Below, in pieces: positions 43,867-53,715 of a stretch of DNA of 64,000 nt. Position 1 is the stretch's first letter, and every line of letters begins with the position of its first letter. Source of the DNA: a bacterium (lineage in GTDB: Bacteria > Bacteroidota > Ignavibacteria > UBA10030). Position numbers and translations under genes: made by a program. Where the stretch lies: positions 77,128 to 141,127 of the forward strand of contig JAZDJN010000091.1 of the NCBI GenBank assembly GCA_043803945.1, given 5' to 3'. The notes below the pieces were generated by a model. The model made no database searches and was not told the origin of the DNA. It worked only from the letters and a program-made list of their open reading frames with translations.

Positions 43867-45192
43867 TTACTGATTTAGCAAAGAGAATTGGACATGGCTG
43901 GAAGAATGGAGTACACCCAACTCCAAGCCATCCCGAATTGAAGCGACGGTTCCCTGGCAATTCCATCGCGCATTCCTTCCAGCCAAATAAATTTGATGAG
44001 AAGCCAGCTTGGTACCCACCTCCTCGACCCAGACAGATCCTGGGTACCGCCAGGCATAGGCCATTGGAATCCAATGTGGATCTGCAATCTCACATTCCCC
44101 GATAAATTCCCAATCCTGTAATTCATGAATGATGGTATTGCACTCGTCATCAATTTGGCGACTGGTCAATTCAATGACAGAGGGAAAACTTTTTTCAACA
44201 TAGAGACTTACATGTGTTCCTTTTCCACGGTGCTGCTTCGGTAAGAACCGCTCATCGACATTACTGTAGAAACCCACGCGATGAATTCCCGTTTTGCTCT
44301 CCGGTACATAGAGCCAATGTTCAAGAGGACACCGTTCTCCTTTGCGCGCACCAACATTCAGCAGTAAGAGAGATGTATGTGGATCGGGAGGAGATTCAGT
44401 ACTGAGTCCCGTTGCTTTCACCATGAAGTGCAGCGGCAGAGAGGAGATTATTTTTGAATATGGTTGTATTGTACCTTCGGCAAGCTCAATTTCTTTCGCA
44501 GTCAGAATAATTCGGACAACCGGGCAAGAAGTTTTTAGATAACACTGAGCGGCTAAGCGGCGGAACAGATCGTCGAATCCATAGTCGGGATAAGCGAACA
44601 TCGAATGATATCCGATCTTTCTGCCCGCACTTTTCCTATCTGGAAGTATCTCTCCTCTCTCAACAGGAGTCTTATAGAAATCCTGCGGTGCGATGGATTC
44701 CCAGAGACCTGCTGTGCACAATCTGTGGTACGGGGCAAAAAACAACTCACCGAGCGTCTCTCCGAATGTAAGAGTGAGCCACTCTTTCAGTGTCGAGGCC
44801 GGTTCATTCCACGGCAAGCGGATTTCTCCGTCGATACGGTCTTTGATATTTCTTCCAAGCATGTGAAGATGATGTTGAATGGGATAGGGTATTACACATT
44901 GTTGGCGGGTCAGGTAAACTCCGGCTCGACGATCATAAGCAGTAAGCGGGACAAATGCCCTGAGATACCGTAGAATTTTTGTGTCTGATATTGAAAGCCA
45001 ATGTCCCCCTGCAATCTCAAACCGATATTCCTGTTCAGACGAAGATCTTCTTTCAGTACGAGGTTGGCCCGGTGAGAGATAATACGTTGTGCACAATCCG
45101 CCGGCGATATTGTTTTTCTCGATGATAGTAAATCCTGAGACACTGCCAGCCGCTAATCCGGCAGGCCCGGCACCAAGAATAATGATCGGCAT
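43867..45192 (-). CDS. FAD-dependent oxidoreductase, UDP-galactopyranose-mutase/protoporphyrinogen-oxidase-like
   Basis: IILGAGPAGL, EK..AGGLC, GGHW, HWLYVPE, HRVGFYSN, AY and GRNARW motifs. Located in a glycan operon. Confidence 0.72.
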   Translation of the reverse strand: MPIIILGAGPAGLAAGSVSGFTIIEKNNIAGGLCTTYYLSPGQPRTERRSSSEQEYRFEIAGGHWLSISDTKILRYLRAFVPLTAYDRRAGVYLTRQQCVIPYPIQHHLHMLGRNIKDRIDGEIRLPWNEPASTLKEWLTLTFGETLGELFFAPYHRLCTAGLWESIAPQDFYKTPVERGEILPDRKSAGRKIGYHSMFAYPDYGFDDLFRRLAAQCYLKTSCPVVRIILTAKEIELAEGTIQPYSKIISSLPLHFMVKATGLSTESPPDPHTSLLLLNVGARKGERCPLEHWLYVPESKTGIHRVGFYSNVDERFLPKQHRGKGTHVSLYVEKSFPSVIELTSRQIDDECNTIIHELQDWEFIGECEIADPHWIPMAYAWRYPGSVWVEEVGTKLASHQIYLAGRNARWNCQGTVASIRDGLELGVLHSSSHVQFSLLNQ

Positions 45193-45232
45193 AACAATCC
45201 TCTCTATTGTTATTGCAGAAAATCAACAGCAA

Positions 45233-46057
45233 TTATCTGAACATGCTTTTGAGCAGACTGATCAGAAACCAGGGATTGCCAATCAGATATCGTTTCCACA
45301 ATCGCCGTGGCTCCTGGGAGAGCCGGATTAGCCACTCACATCCGGCTCTCCCCATCCATCCAGGGCACCGCCACTTAATGCCGGAAAGATATTCAAAGCA
45401 GGAACCGCCATTGAGAAAAATCCTCGCGCCCGCTTTTGTATAATTGTTCAGGATCCATTGTTCCTGCAGTGGCATGCCCATTCCAACGACAATGACATCT
45501 GGATGCACTGCTTGAATTGAAGAGAGAAGAGCCTTTCCATCATCCGAAAAATATCCATGATGATACCCCGCAATGGTGAGTTTTGGATACCACGATGAAA
45601 TTCTCCTGACTGCTGTTTCAATAACTGTCGGACTTGACCCTAACAGAAAGACTGAACATCCCGCCTCCTGGCAGATTGAAAAGACATCATGAATCCAATC
45701 GGCCATGACTATTCGTTCCGGTATGTTCTTTCCAACGATCCACCCGCCGAATCGGACACCCTGGCCGTCGCAATAGGTCAGCAATGAGTTATTAAGATAG
45801 TCAGCAAACCATGTTAGTTGATGTGCAAGGTGAACAGCGTGGATATTTATATAGCTTATCCAGCCTCGCTGGCGTTGATGCAGAAGCTGGGAGAATTTAG
45901 TGGTGAGCATCCGGCGTGATAATGGATGAAGATGAACACCCAATATGTCAACCGATGTCTGCTCCTTGCAGACAGGTAACCAAGGTGAATGACGGAGCGG
46001 ATGACTACGAAGTTCGTCGGTGATGACTCCTTCATACCGCAGATCGGATATTCTCAT
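45233..46057 (-). CDS. WecB/TagA/CpsF family glycosyltransferase
   Basis: YCDGQGV, FLLGS, GYHHGYF, VGMGMPLQE, EWLIRL and EPRRLWKRY motifs. ATG at 46057 has a GGAGG RBS; the ORF extends to 46114. Confidence 0.93.
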   Translation of the reverse strand: MRISDLRYEGVITDELRSHPLRHSPWLPVCKEQTSVDILGVHLHPLSRRMLTTKFSQLLHQRQRGWISYINIHAVHLAHQLTWFADYLNNSLLTYCDGQGVRFGGWIVGKNIPERIVMADWIHDVFSICQEAGCSVFLLGSSPTVIETAVRRISSWYPKLTIAGYHHGYFSDDGKALLSSIQAVHPDVIVVGMGMPLQEQWILNNYTKAGARIFLNGGSCFEYLSGIKWRCPGWMGRAGCEWLIRLSQEPRRLWKRYLIGNPWFLISLLKSMFR

Positions 46058-46243
46058 AATCCCTCCCCAGGAAATATGGTGAATAACAAACGTACGGATG
46101 AATCCGCTTTTCATGTATCACTATCAGTGGACTAAATAGCAGGGAGCGCTACACAGTTTGCTGAGCAACGCTCATTCGGTGCTGCAGATACAATTAGTTA
46201 TATTTTACTAGGTTTGTCAAGACGAAAATTCAACTTTCTGTTG

Positions 46244-46291
46244 ACAAAAAGCGTGATAACTCATTCAAAGAAAAAATAGCTATCACGCTTT
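46244..46291 (-). terminator. Probable terminator after the C25/HEAT gene
   Basis: Minus strand AAAGCGTGATAGC...GTTATCACGCTTT followed by TTG. Confidence 0.6.
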
Positions 46292-46322
46292 CCATAACCA
46301 AACACACTTCATCGGAACGTGA

Positions 46323-48554
46323 CTAAGGTGTAATTACATTATTTGCACCAGTCAGTAAACGATTTCGTGTTTTGATGGCTTCATTTTTTATCTGTTCCTT
46401 CAATGCAGGCTGCTTCAGTATCTCATCGCATGCTGTGAGGATGAGTCCTCGATCGACTGCAAAGGTAAACCACCCTAACGCTTCAAGCGCTGTCACTCGT
46501 ACGACCGGTTCATTTTGAGTTTCCCTGGCTACTGCAATCAAGGTCGGTACTGCTTCTTTAAAATTATAACGCCGGAACGTTCGCAGCGTGCTGATTTTCT
46601 TTTTCAACCTGACAGTATCACTGAGGATCATCGGTAGGAGTTCTTTGTGAAGCCATTCAATCCTCGACTTGAATGATCGCTCAAAATCTGATTTCAGTTT
46701 TTCTTTCGACGCACTGGCAGGCAATGCATCAACGACGGGATAGGTGGTTGCGAGCGCCTCTTTCGGACTGATTAATTCCATGGCGTCTTTCCCGTTGAAG
46801 GAGACACGTTCGGAAGGATCGGTGAGAATCGTTTTCGCAATCACCGGTAAATAGTCTTTTCGCCCGATCTCCCCCATCCACATGACCGATAAGCGGCGAA
46901 TGTACTCGTATGGATCATTGACAGATTCGAAGAGTAATTGTTCAAATGCTTCCCCGCGTAATTCTGCCATACGCTTCAACACCTGCATGCGAACAATAAA
47001 TGAGGGATCGGATTTGAATAGCGAGAGCAGTTGTTGTTCGTACTGTTTGCCATTCAAGCGAGAGAGCATGCGAACAGCCAGTTCGCGCAGAATGGGAGCT
47101 GAACTCTTTAGATACCGTTTCCAGAGTTCAGCATTGTTCGCCTGGAGCACAATCGCTTTTGAGGGATTCTCAATTGAGATAGACTCATAATGAAACGTCG
47201 GATCACCGATGATATGACTCTCCAGGAAATTACGTGTTCGGTGCCACTCTCCGACGCGAACACCATAACTCAGCAATCCCAGCAGTTCATTTGCCCAGAG
47301 ATCCTGCAGCACGTTCACCGTATTTGCCACGCCTGCGACGGTCTTTCCTTTTCCGAAGACATAGGCGCCGGTCACGTAAGGAGAAACGGTGTAGTTCCCG
47401 TTGAAGCACTCATCGAACATGATAAATCTTGCCTGCGGTGCAATCTCGTCAATATCGGAGATATAGATATCGAGCTTCGATGATGCAATCGAATCTACCT
47501 TGATAACAGAGTCGACAAACGCTCCCTCAAACCAATCGGCGGTGATCCCATACGCTTTGATGTAATAATTTTTTGTCTCCTCCAAGGAACGTTTTTGCCG
47601 TTGTGCCGTTCGAAGCTTGCTGCGTAAAAACATTTTCACCGATTGCAGATGGTTGTCGGCAGTAACCGAAGGCGGTTCACCGATCAGGTACTGGGTGTCA
47701 TCGGCTCCATGGGCGTGGAAGAGCGCCATGTCGAGTTTCGGATCCTGCAGTTCAGTTAACACAATCTCTTTCATCTGCGCACTCATAGCATGATTGAGAT
47801 TTTTAATTTCTCCACCCCGAAGGAAGAACTGAGGGAATTCTTCGCGCAGCGTGTGCAGGTCCGCTTCCCACGCACTTAATGCTTCGGAGTGATAACCGTG
47901 ACCGGTAAAGGTAAAGGCTTTATCGAGCTTATTCTTCTCTTTCTTCTGTTCAGCGACACGCAGCAGATACTTCTCAATGAGTGTGTACTTGCTCTCATCT
48001 TCAACGGGCGGTTTGATGCGTCCACTATAAATATCTCGGTCGATGCGCTGAGGTGATTCTGGAGAAAGCGAATAATGATATAAGAGCGGATTGATTGAAT
48101 CCTTCTTTATGAAGGTAAATTCCAAATCAAAGTCATCGTAATACCGGTCTGAGGGAACCGACGAACGAAGCCATGGCTGCTCCTGGTCGAGCTTGAATGC
48201 GGAGGTCATATGCTGTGCATCCCGGATCATAGGCATCGGAATATCACCGACAAAGACCACCCCTTCCAGCGGAGAAGGTTGCTTCGCCAGCTTCAGGATT
48301 ACCTCTTTTATCTGCTCTGGAGACTGCCAGTCAGCAACAATTAAGTAGGAAGGTAACCCATCCTGTTCAACACTCGTCCGATAGGCATCGACGGACTTCT
48401 GGATCTTCTCATAGGTTTTCTTATCTACAAATATCGCAAACGATGTTGAACCTTTCGTGGTCGGTTTAATGATCTGGATTTCAGATGCAACCAGAACGAA
48501 CGAACAGAACAGACCAAGTAGTATGATAGAGATGAAACGATGCAAACCCTTCAT
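46323..48554 (-). CDS. Exported protein with an N-terminal C25/caspase-fold-like domain and C-terminal HEAT repeats
   Basis: Signal peptide. LEGVVFVGDIP, SDRYYDD, YSGRI, FHAHG, FDECFNG and IIGDP motifs. HEAT-like DPSFIVR, DPYEYIRR, DPSERV and EPVVRVTALEALG. Confidence 0.75.
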   Translation of the reverse strand: MKGLHRFISIILLGLFCSFVLVASEIQIIKPTTKGSTSFAIFVDKKTYEKIQKSVDAYRTSVEQDGLPSYLIVADWQSPEQIKEVILKLAKQPSPLEGVVFVGDIPMPMIRDAQHMTSAFKLDQEQPWLRSSVPSDRYYDDFDLEFTFIKKDSINPLLYHYSLSPESPQRIDRDIYSGRIKPPVEDESKYTLIEKYLLRVAEQKKEKNKLDKAFTFTGHGYHSEALSAWEADLHTLREEFPQFFLRGGEIKNLNHAMSAQMKEIVLTELQDPKLDMALFHAHGADDTQYLIGEPPSVTADNHLQSVKMFLRSKLRTAQRQKRSLEETKNYYIKAYGITADWFEGAFVDSVIKVDSIASSKLDIYISDIDEIAPQARFIMFDECFNGNYTVSPYVTGAYVFGKGKTVAGVANTVNVLQDLWANELLGLLSYGVRVGEWHRTRNFLESHIIGDPTFHYESISIENPSKAIVLQANNAELWKRYLKSSAPILRELAVRMLSRLNGKQYEQQLLSLFKSDPSFIVRMQVLKRMAELRGEAFEQLLFESVNDPYEYIRRLSVMWMGEIGRKDYLPVIAKTILTDPSERVSFNGKDAMELISPKEALATTYPVVDALPASASKEKLKSDFERSFKSRIEWLHKELLPMILSDTVRLKKKISTLRTFRRYNFKEAVPTLIAVARETQNEPVVRVTALEALGWFTFAVDRGLILTACDEILKQPALKEQIKNEAIKTRNRLLTGANNVITP

Positions 48555-48608
48555 GGCACCATCCTCATGATGTATATTTCATCCAAGGTTAGACAAAAAG
48601 AAAAGCCA

Positions 48609-48705
48609 TGGGCGTCACGACCCCCCCTGCCCCTGTTGATCAAATACGTCGGGCAGCCTGCTTGCGAGCCGAAGGCACTTCGGCAGGCAGGGGACATGAC
48701 ACCCA
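48609..48705. repeat. Long intergenic palindrome with a nested 34-bp hairpin
   Basis: TGGGCGTCACGACCCCCCCTGCCC ... GGGCAG[CCTGCTTGCGAGCCGAAGGCACTTCGGCAGGCAG]GGGACATGACACCCA. Confidence 0.65.
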
Positions 48706-48745
48706 CACTTTACTTTTTGTACGGCCTCGAGTATTCATTGAATCG

Positions 48746-50971
48746 TTACTTAATCAAACTCATTTTCTTTACTGCGGTCAATGTTCCGGTTTTCAGTTGG
48801 TAGAGATAGATACCACTTGATAATCCTGTCGAAGAAAATGGAATCACATGCCGGCCGGCATCGAGCCGCTCATTCACCAGATCAGCAACTTTCCTGCCCA
48901 AGAGGTCAAACACCACGAGCGAGATCTCGGACGGAGCAGATATCGAAAATGCGATCGAGGTTGTGGGATTGAAAGGATTGGGATAGTTTTGCTCTAACGC
49001 GAACTCCAGCGGAATCCCTTCTGCCTGATTAGTGGTGTTCGTAACGTTGGCAGTCGTGAATACCCAACCCGATGCCGTATACGCCCATGGATTTCCGCTT
49101 TTGTCGAATTCGATTCCATTCAATGTCTGCTCGGGAGGAATATCCGTCAGGTTCGTCCACGACGTTCCACCGTTTGTGGTCTTCATTACTATCCCCTTGT
49201 AGCCAACGACATACCCGACATTGGCATCCTTAAAGTTGATGTCATAAAAGAGTGTATCCGTGCCGGTGAAGCTGTGGGGAATGTATGTCCACGTCTTTCC
49301 GAGGTCGGCGCTGAAGTAAATCATTTTATTGCCAAGCGCCCATGCATGCGTTGCATCGATGATTCTGATCGCATAGATAGTACCTGTTTGAGAAACACTT
49401 GCCGGATGGCCGTTGATCGTAGGTGTCTGCCACGTTGCGCCGCCGTCTGTGGTATAGCGGAGCGTGCGCGAATCTGCACCGTAGATTCCCTGGTTCGCAT
49501 CAAGGAAGCGAATCGACTTTGACTGTTTTAAGGTGACAGAGTCTTTCTTCGTCCAGGTTGCACCGCCATCGGTAGTCTTTGCGATTTGGTCTGCGGCATA
49601 AACCGTCACCGATCGCGCCAGATAGCCCACTGAGGCATTGATGAAATGAAGAGCCCGTGTCGCCGATTGGAACGACTCCTCTGCCGGTGTAATGACCGTC
49701 CAGCTCTGACCGCCATTCGTCGTCTTAAGTGCCTGCCCGTAGTCCTGTCCCAAATATCCGGTGTTGGCATCAAGAAATTGCATGGCGAGAATCTGATCAG
49801 CTGCAGTCCCGACAGTTACCTGCGGCAACAATGACCAGCTCTTTCCACCATCGGCAGTTTTTCGCAACGTACCGTTGGCACTTCCCATAAATCCAATTTG
49901 CTGTGTGACAAAATTAATGCCCCTCACGGCATCGGAGAAATTCTGTCTGAGAATCTGCCAGGTTGCCCCGAAGTCTGTTGAACGCGCCACCATGCCGCTA
50001 CGCCCCATCACCCAGAGCCGATCGCCAACACCGGTGATCGCATAGAGGATATGGCCAAAGGCCCGTGGCAGCGGTGTCCAGGTTATGCCAGCATCAGAAG
50101 TGCGAAGCATAATCGCTCCTCGCTGTCCGCCTACAATGATGCCGTTGCTCTTATCTTTAAAGTAGACATCGTTCGCCGATTCATAGGTGATCGATGCAGT
50201 CGCCTGATTCATAAAATTATAATTCTTCCCGCCATCGCCGGATCGATAGAGCATGGTTGGCTGCTTCTGATACCAGGAGCCCCAGCCAGCCGAAACGACC
50301 GTAGTATCATCGAGCACATAAACGCAGTTCAAGGTATTCGATGTATAGGTATAGCCCCCATACAAAGGTTTGGTTGTCGCTGACCAGGTCGTGCCGCCAT
50401 CAGTGGTGTATTGTAGGAGTGTGAAGTCGTTGCCGACAGCCGCACCTTTTGTTCCACCAAAGAAGTGAATATCATAGAGCGGTTTTGTGAGAGTCTTCTG
50501 GCTTGTCCATGTCGCACCACCATCCGTCGTCACGAAGATATCCGAAGCAGAACTCTTTCCGCATACTGCCCATCCTTTCTGAGCGTTCTGGAAAAAAACG
50601 CTGTACGTAATGCGGGTCGTATCTGTGGTAGGCAGCGTGATTTGTGTCCAGGTTGAGCCGCCATTGGTCGTTTTAAACACAGAGCGTTTCTCCGCAGCAA
50701 GCCATCCGGTGTTAGCATCGAGGAAAAAAATCTTTCGTAACCGTACGCTCACTCCAACATTGGATTCGACCCATGTGAGCCCGCCGTCAGTCGATTTATA
50801 AATAGCACCGGCATCTCCCACCATCCAACCAGTGTTGGCATCGGCAAAGAAAATATCCCAGCCGCTCTGGCTGAAATCAGGCTTCACGGCAACTTTCCAG
50901 CCCTCTGTTTGTGCCTGTACCAGGAGGGCCGTCCAGAGGATGAACAACAGAATCGTTAGAAATTTTTTCAT
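48746..50971 (-). CDS. YCF48/BNR-repeat beta-propeller protein with T9SS CTD
   Basis: About 14 (K/T)T.DGG.TW Asp-box repeats. CTD QNYPNPFNP..SSGIYLYQL..KKMSLIK. Start MKKFLTILL at 50971. Confidence 0.88.
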   Translation of the reverse strand: MKKFLTILLFILWTALLVQAQTEGWKVAVKPDFSQSGWDIFFADANTGWMVGDAGAIYKSTDGGLTWVESNVGVSVRLRKIFFLDANTGWLAAEKRSVFKTTNGGSTWTQITLPTTDTTRITYSVFFQNAQKGWAVCGKSSASDIFVTTDGGATWTSQKTLTKPLYDIHFFGGTKGAAVGNDFTLLQYTTDGGTTWSATTKPLYGGYTYTSNTLNCVYVLDDTTVVSAGWGSWYQKQPTMLYRSGDGGKNYNFMNQATASITYESANDVYFKDKSNGIIVGGQRGAIMLRTSDAGITWTPLPRAFGHILYAITGVGDRLWVMGRSGMVARSTDFGATWQILRQNFSDAVRGINFVTQQIGFMGSANGTLRKTADGGKSWSLLPQVTVGTAADQILAMQFLDANTGYLGQDYGQALKTTNGGQSWTVITPAEESFQSATRALHFINASVGYLARSVTVYAADQIAKTTDGGATWTKKDSVTLKQSKSIRFLDANQGIYGADSRTLRYTTDGGATWQTPTINGHPASVSQTGTIYAIRIIDATHAWALGNKMIYFSADLGKTWTYIPHSFTGTDTLFYDINFKDANVGYVVGYKGIVMKTTNGGTSWTNLTDIPPEQTLNGIEFDKSGNPWAYTASGWVFTTANVTNTTNQAEGIPLEFALEQNYPNPFNPTTSIAFSISAPSEISLVVFDLLGRKVADLVNERLDAGRHVIPFSSTGLSSGIYLYQLKTGTLTAVKKMSLIK

Positions 50972-51010
50972 GGTGATTCTCCTTTCATGAAATATGAGTG
51001 ACGTGGACAA

Positions 51011-52552
51011 TTACATTGTACTAATCTTGAGGCCAAGACTGATTGAAAATGATGATCGTGCCAAGTTAGTAAAGAATGTTGATTCAGAGATGGCAAGTTT
51101 GCCATAGGACAGTTGAAGGATCGCTGAACCGTAGGTGGTTGTAGTATATTCTACAACGTAGAGTGCATGATGTCCCGCACCAGCCGCTGAAGAGAGATCA
51201 AACTCTCTCTTCCGGATCGAAGTGAAAAAGAAAGAAAGATTTTTCCCTTCCAACATGACAGGTACTATGCTCTGAAAGGCATAGTGATAGTGCAGCGTCG
51301 TTTGAAGCCGTTCACTCATCCGGTAACTCGAGCCGAATCCAATCCAATGCCTAGTTTGTGAATAGGAAATATGTATCGCACTCAGGTAATCATCCAGCGT
51401 TCGTTTTTCACTGCAGAATCCATATTCAATCCCGGCACGGAGCACGTGCGGGATGACTTGTGCTTCTAATCCGACAGTAGCATCCACTTGACGCTCAGTA
51501 CCTTCGCTGAGCAAGACATTATACTCAGGGTGTCGCGACCAGTCTCGTGAAGTGGAGTAATCAAGCCTGAAGGCAACTCGTAACTCGCCCAACGGATGGT
51601 CTCCCTGAAAGTGTCCCTGAAGGTTTTCTCGCTGCCAGTATCCTTCATTCCTTGGACTCGAGCCTCCATCGATGATCGAGAAGGATTCAACACCTCCCCC
51701 GCCGTATGCGACGAGATGGGAAGCCTCATTCAATGCCACATCACCATGGAGGAATCCCTGGTACGCATGGTACTGCGAGTTTCTTAACTCTGTTTTTTTG
51801 GTGAGCCGCAGGTAGCGGTCAAGGCCACGAAACTTAAAGAGAATTGTTTCTTCTAGTAATCCACTCTCATCCTCCTCGAAGCGAATCTCTTCCTGCTGAT
51901 CGAGATAGCGGAACGAAAGACCGGCGTGAAGATCGCTCCTGAGCTCCGCCATTACACCGAGCCTTAAGGAGAGATCACGATTGGTCGACGTCGGCTTCGG
52001 GGTGACTTCTTTCAACCCATTATCAATGCCGTAGGTCATCTCAGCTCCGACGGTCAGGCCTTCAGCAAGGAGCCGGCTATACTGGGCATTGGCTACGATC
52101 CCACGATAGACTGTCCGGCCTGTGCTGCTGTCAGCCAATATAAACGGATTGCCGAGGCCGTAGGATTTGGTATCCATCCATTGCCAGTCGCCGCGAAACT
52201 CCTGCCGAAAACCAAACTGTCCTTTGAACATCTGATCGCGGCCTATCCCTTTCGCCCCTTCGACATAATATTCATAAAGCACCGGTGCCCCGGGTTCAAA
52301 GGGAGCATGAGCAGAACCTGATTTGGCCTCCCTCCTTCCCTGGAGAAAGAGGTAGGAGTTTTGAACATCATAGTAAAGTGCAGCCGGATTTCCTCCCACA
52401 TCGTACTGATTGAGTTGGAGCTCTGATGGCTGAATCGTTAGCTTCAAGGGTGAGAATGGAACCGAGACAAATTGGCTCACCATGCGCTCGCTGGTCAAGA
52501 TTCCCAGAACCACTATCAAGAATATTATTCTATAGAAAGATCGCACTGCCAT
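51011..52552 (-). CDS. Outer-membrane beta-barrel protein, DUF6850-like
   Basis: Signal peptide, GNPA motif, NPFILADSSTG and amphipathic strands. Sits directly after a DUF4876-like gene. Confidence 0.65.
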   Translation of the reverse strand: MAVRSFYRIIFLIVVLGILTSERMVSQFVSVPFSPLKLTIQPSELQLNQYDVGGNPAALYYDVQNSYLFLQGRREAKSGSAHAPFEPGAPVLYEYYVEGAKGIGRDQMFKGQFGFRQEFRGDWQWMDTKSYGLGNPFILADSSTGRTVYRGIVANAQYSRLLAEGLTVGAEMTYGIDNGLKEVTPKPTSTNRDLSLRLGVMAELRSDLHAGLSFRYLDQQEEIRFEEDESGLLEETILFKFRGLDRYLRLTKKTELRNSQYHAYQGFLHGDVALNEASHLVAYGGGGVESFSIIDGGSSPRNEGYWQRENLQGHFQGDHPLGELRVAFRLDYSTSRDWSRHPEYNVLLSEGTERQVDATVGLEAQVIPHVLRAGIEYGFCSEKRTLDDYLSAIHISYSQTRHWIGFGSSYRMSERLQTTLHYHYAFQSIVPVMLEGKNLSFFFTSIRKREFDLSSAAGAGHHALYVVEYTTTTYGSAILQLSYGKLAISESTFFTNLARSSFSISLGLKISTM

Positions 52553-53715
52553 CAGCGAATGCCTTTGCCTGCTGAACCCGTAGTGTAATGATATCCGGGC
52601 GTTGGATGAGGAATCTTCACAAAATCGAGCGAGCTGTTATTGTTATCTTCAAGCGTCCATCGGCTACCGCTCGTGCGCATTTTTCGCTCCTGCGAAAGGC
52701 CGGTATAAAACTGAATACCGCCCGCAGCACCGGCATCAATCGTAGGATCAAGTTTTTTCTGATCCAGGCGTGTCGGGTCTTTCAAATATTCAACGCCGTC
52801 GATCACGTCCGATTTGGGTATTAAGAGATGCTCATCAACATACTGGAGCGAATCCACATTCGCGACGCGTGCCAGCACAAAGGCATCCAACTCTCCACCC
52901 ATCAGCCAATCAAATCCTGCCGGCTGGTAAATTAAAATCATATCAGGAACGAGCGGATTTTCGATATCCGGTCCTGTCCAGAGATAAAACTCGAATGCGG
53001 ATTTACTGAGGTCAACACTCAAGGGCGCATTCACCCGGTGGTCAATCCCATCCGTGGCAATCACCATGAACTGACCCGGTTTGATCGGGTAGTCTTTTCC
53101 TCTGCCCGGAAATTTCCAGACCTCTTTCGATCGGATGAAGGGATCACTGAGAAATCCTTTATAGACTTCTGCGATCAAGATCCCATCGAGGTAGACAATC
53201 TCCTCGCTGATGTTACAAATCTCAACATACTTGTCATGCCAGTACAGACCTGCGCCAGGGGCACCGCAAGTGTAGAGCTCGCTGATCACAATATCACTGA
53301 TGGGCTGAAGATCGACTTTAACGGTGATGAGCGATGATGGTTGATCCGCGCGGATCACCAGTGAGCTCAACCCGCCGGAGAGTCGACGAGGTATTGCAGC
53401 GCCCGTGACCTTTTCTACCTCCGAGCGATCAAGCTGCCGCACAATGGCGATATTATAAAGATCCGAAGTCAATCCCTCCAGGTGTGCCACGCCCAACGAG
53501 TCCGTAAAGAATTTATATTCGATGCCGTACGAGGTCGATTTCAGCCAGACCTCTGCCTGACGAACATTCGTGGAGCCATAGAGCGATTTCATAAAATTCG
53601 AATTGTCTTCTACTTTGAGCTGCAGTTGGGCTGTCTGCTCCAGAGCCGGTGGCAATGTCTCGCAACCAGAGGCAGCGAGCAGAAGGGTAACGACTACTAT
53701 CCACCCATACCTCAT
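52552..53715 (-). CDS. DUF4876-like lipoprotein (lamin-tail-like domain)
   Basis: Lipobox ASGC. IVISELYTCG, DKYVEICN, YLDGI, FPGRGKDYPIKPG, VDLSKSAFE, VIDGVE, IDAG and LEDNNNSSLDF motifs. Confidence 0.8.
   Translation of the reverse strand: MRYGWIVVVTLLLAASGCETLPPALEQTAQLQLKVEDNSNFMKSLYGSTNVRQAEVWLKSTSYGIEYKFFTDSLGVAHLEGLTSDLYNIAIVRQLDRSEVEKVTGAAIPRRLSGGLSSLVIRADQPSSLITVKVDLQPISDIVISELYTCGAPGAGLYWHDKYVEICNISEEIVYLDGILIAEVYKGFLSDPFIRSKEVWKFPGRGKDYPIKPGQFMVIATDGIDHRVNAPLSVDLSKSAFEFYLWTGPDIENPLVPDMILIYQPAGFDWLMGGELDAFVLARVANVDSLQYVDEHLLIPKSDVIDGVEYLKDPTRLDQKKLDPTIDAGAAGGIQFYTGLSQERKMRTSGSRWTLEDNNNSSLDFVKIPHPTPGYHYTTGSAGKGIR

Noticed and set aside
48746-50971. Photosystem II assembly factor or sialidase
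   Set aside because: Asp-box propellers are generic; there is no photosynthesis context and no sialidase RIP motif was seen.
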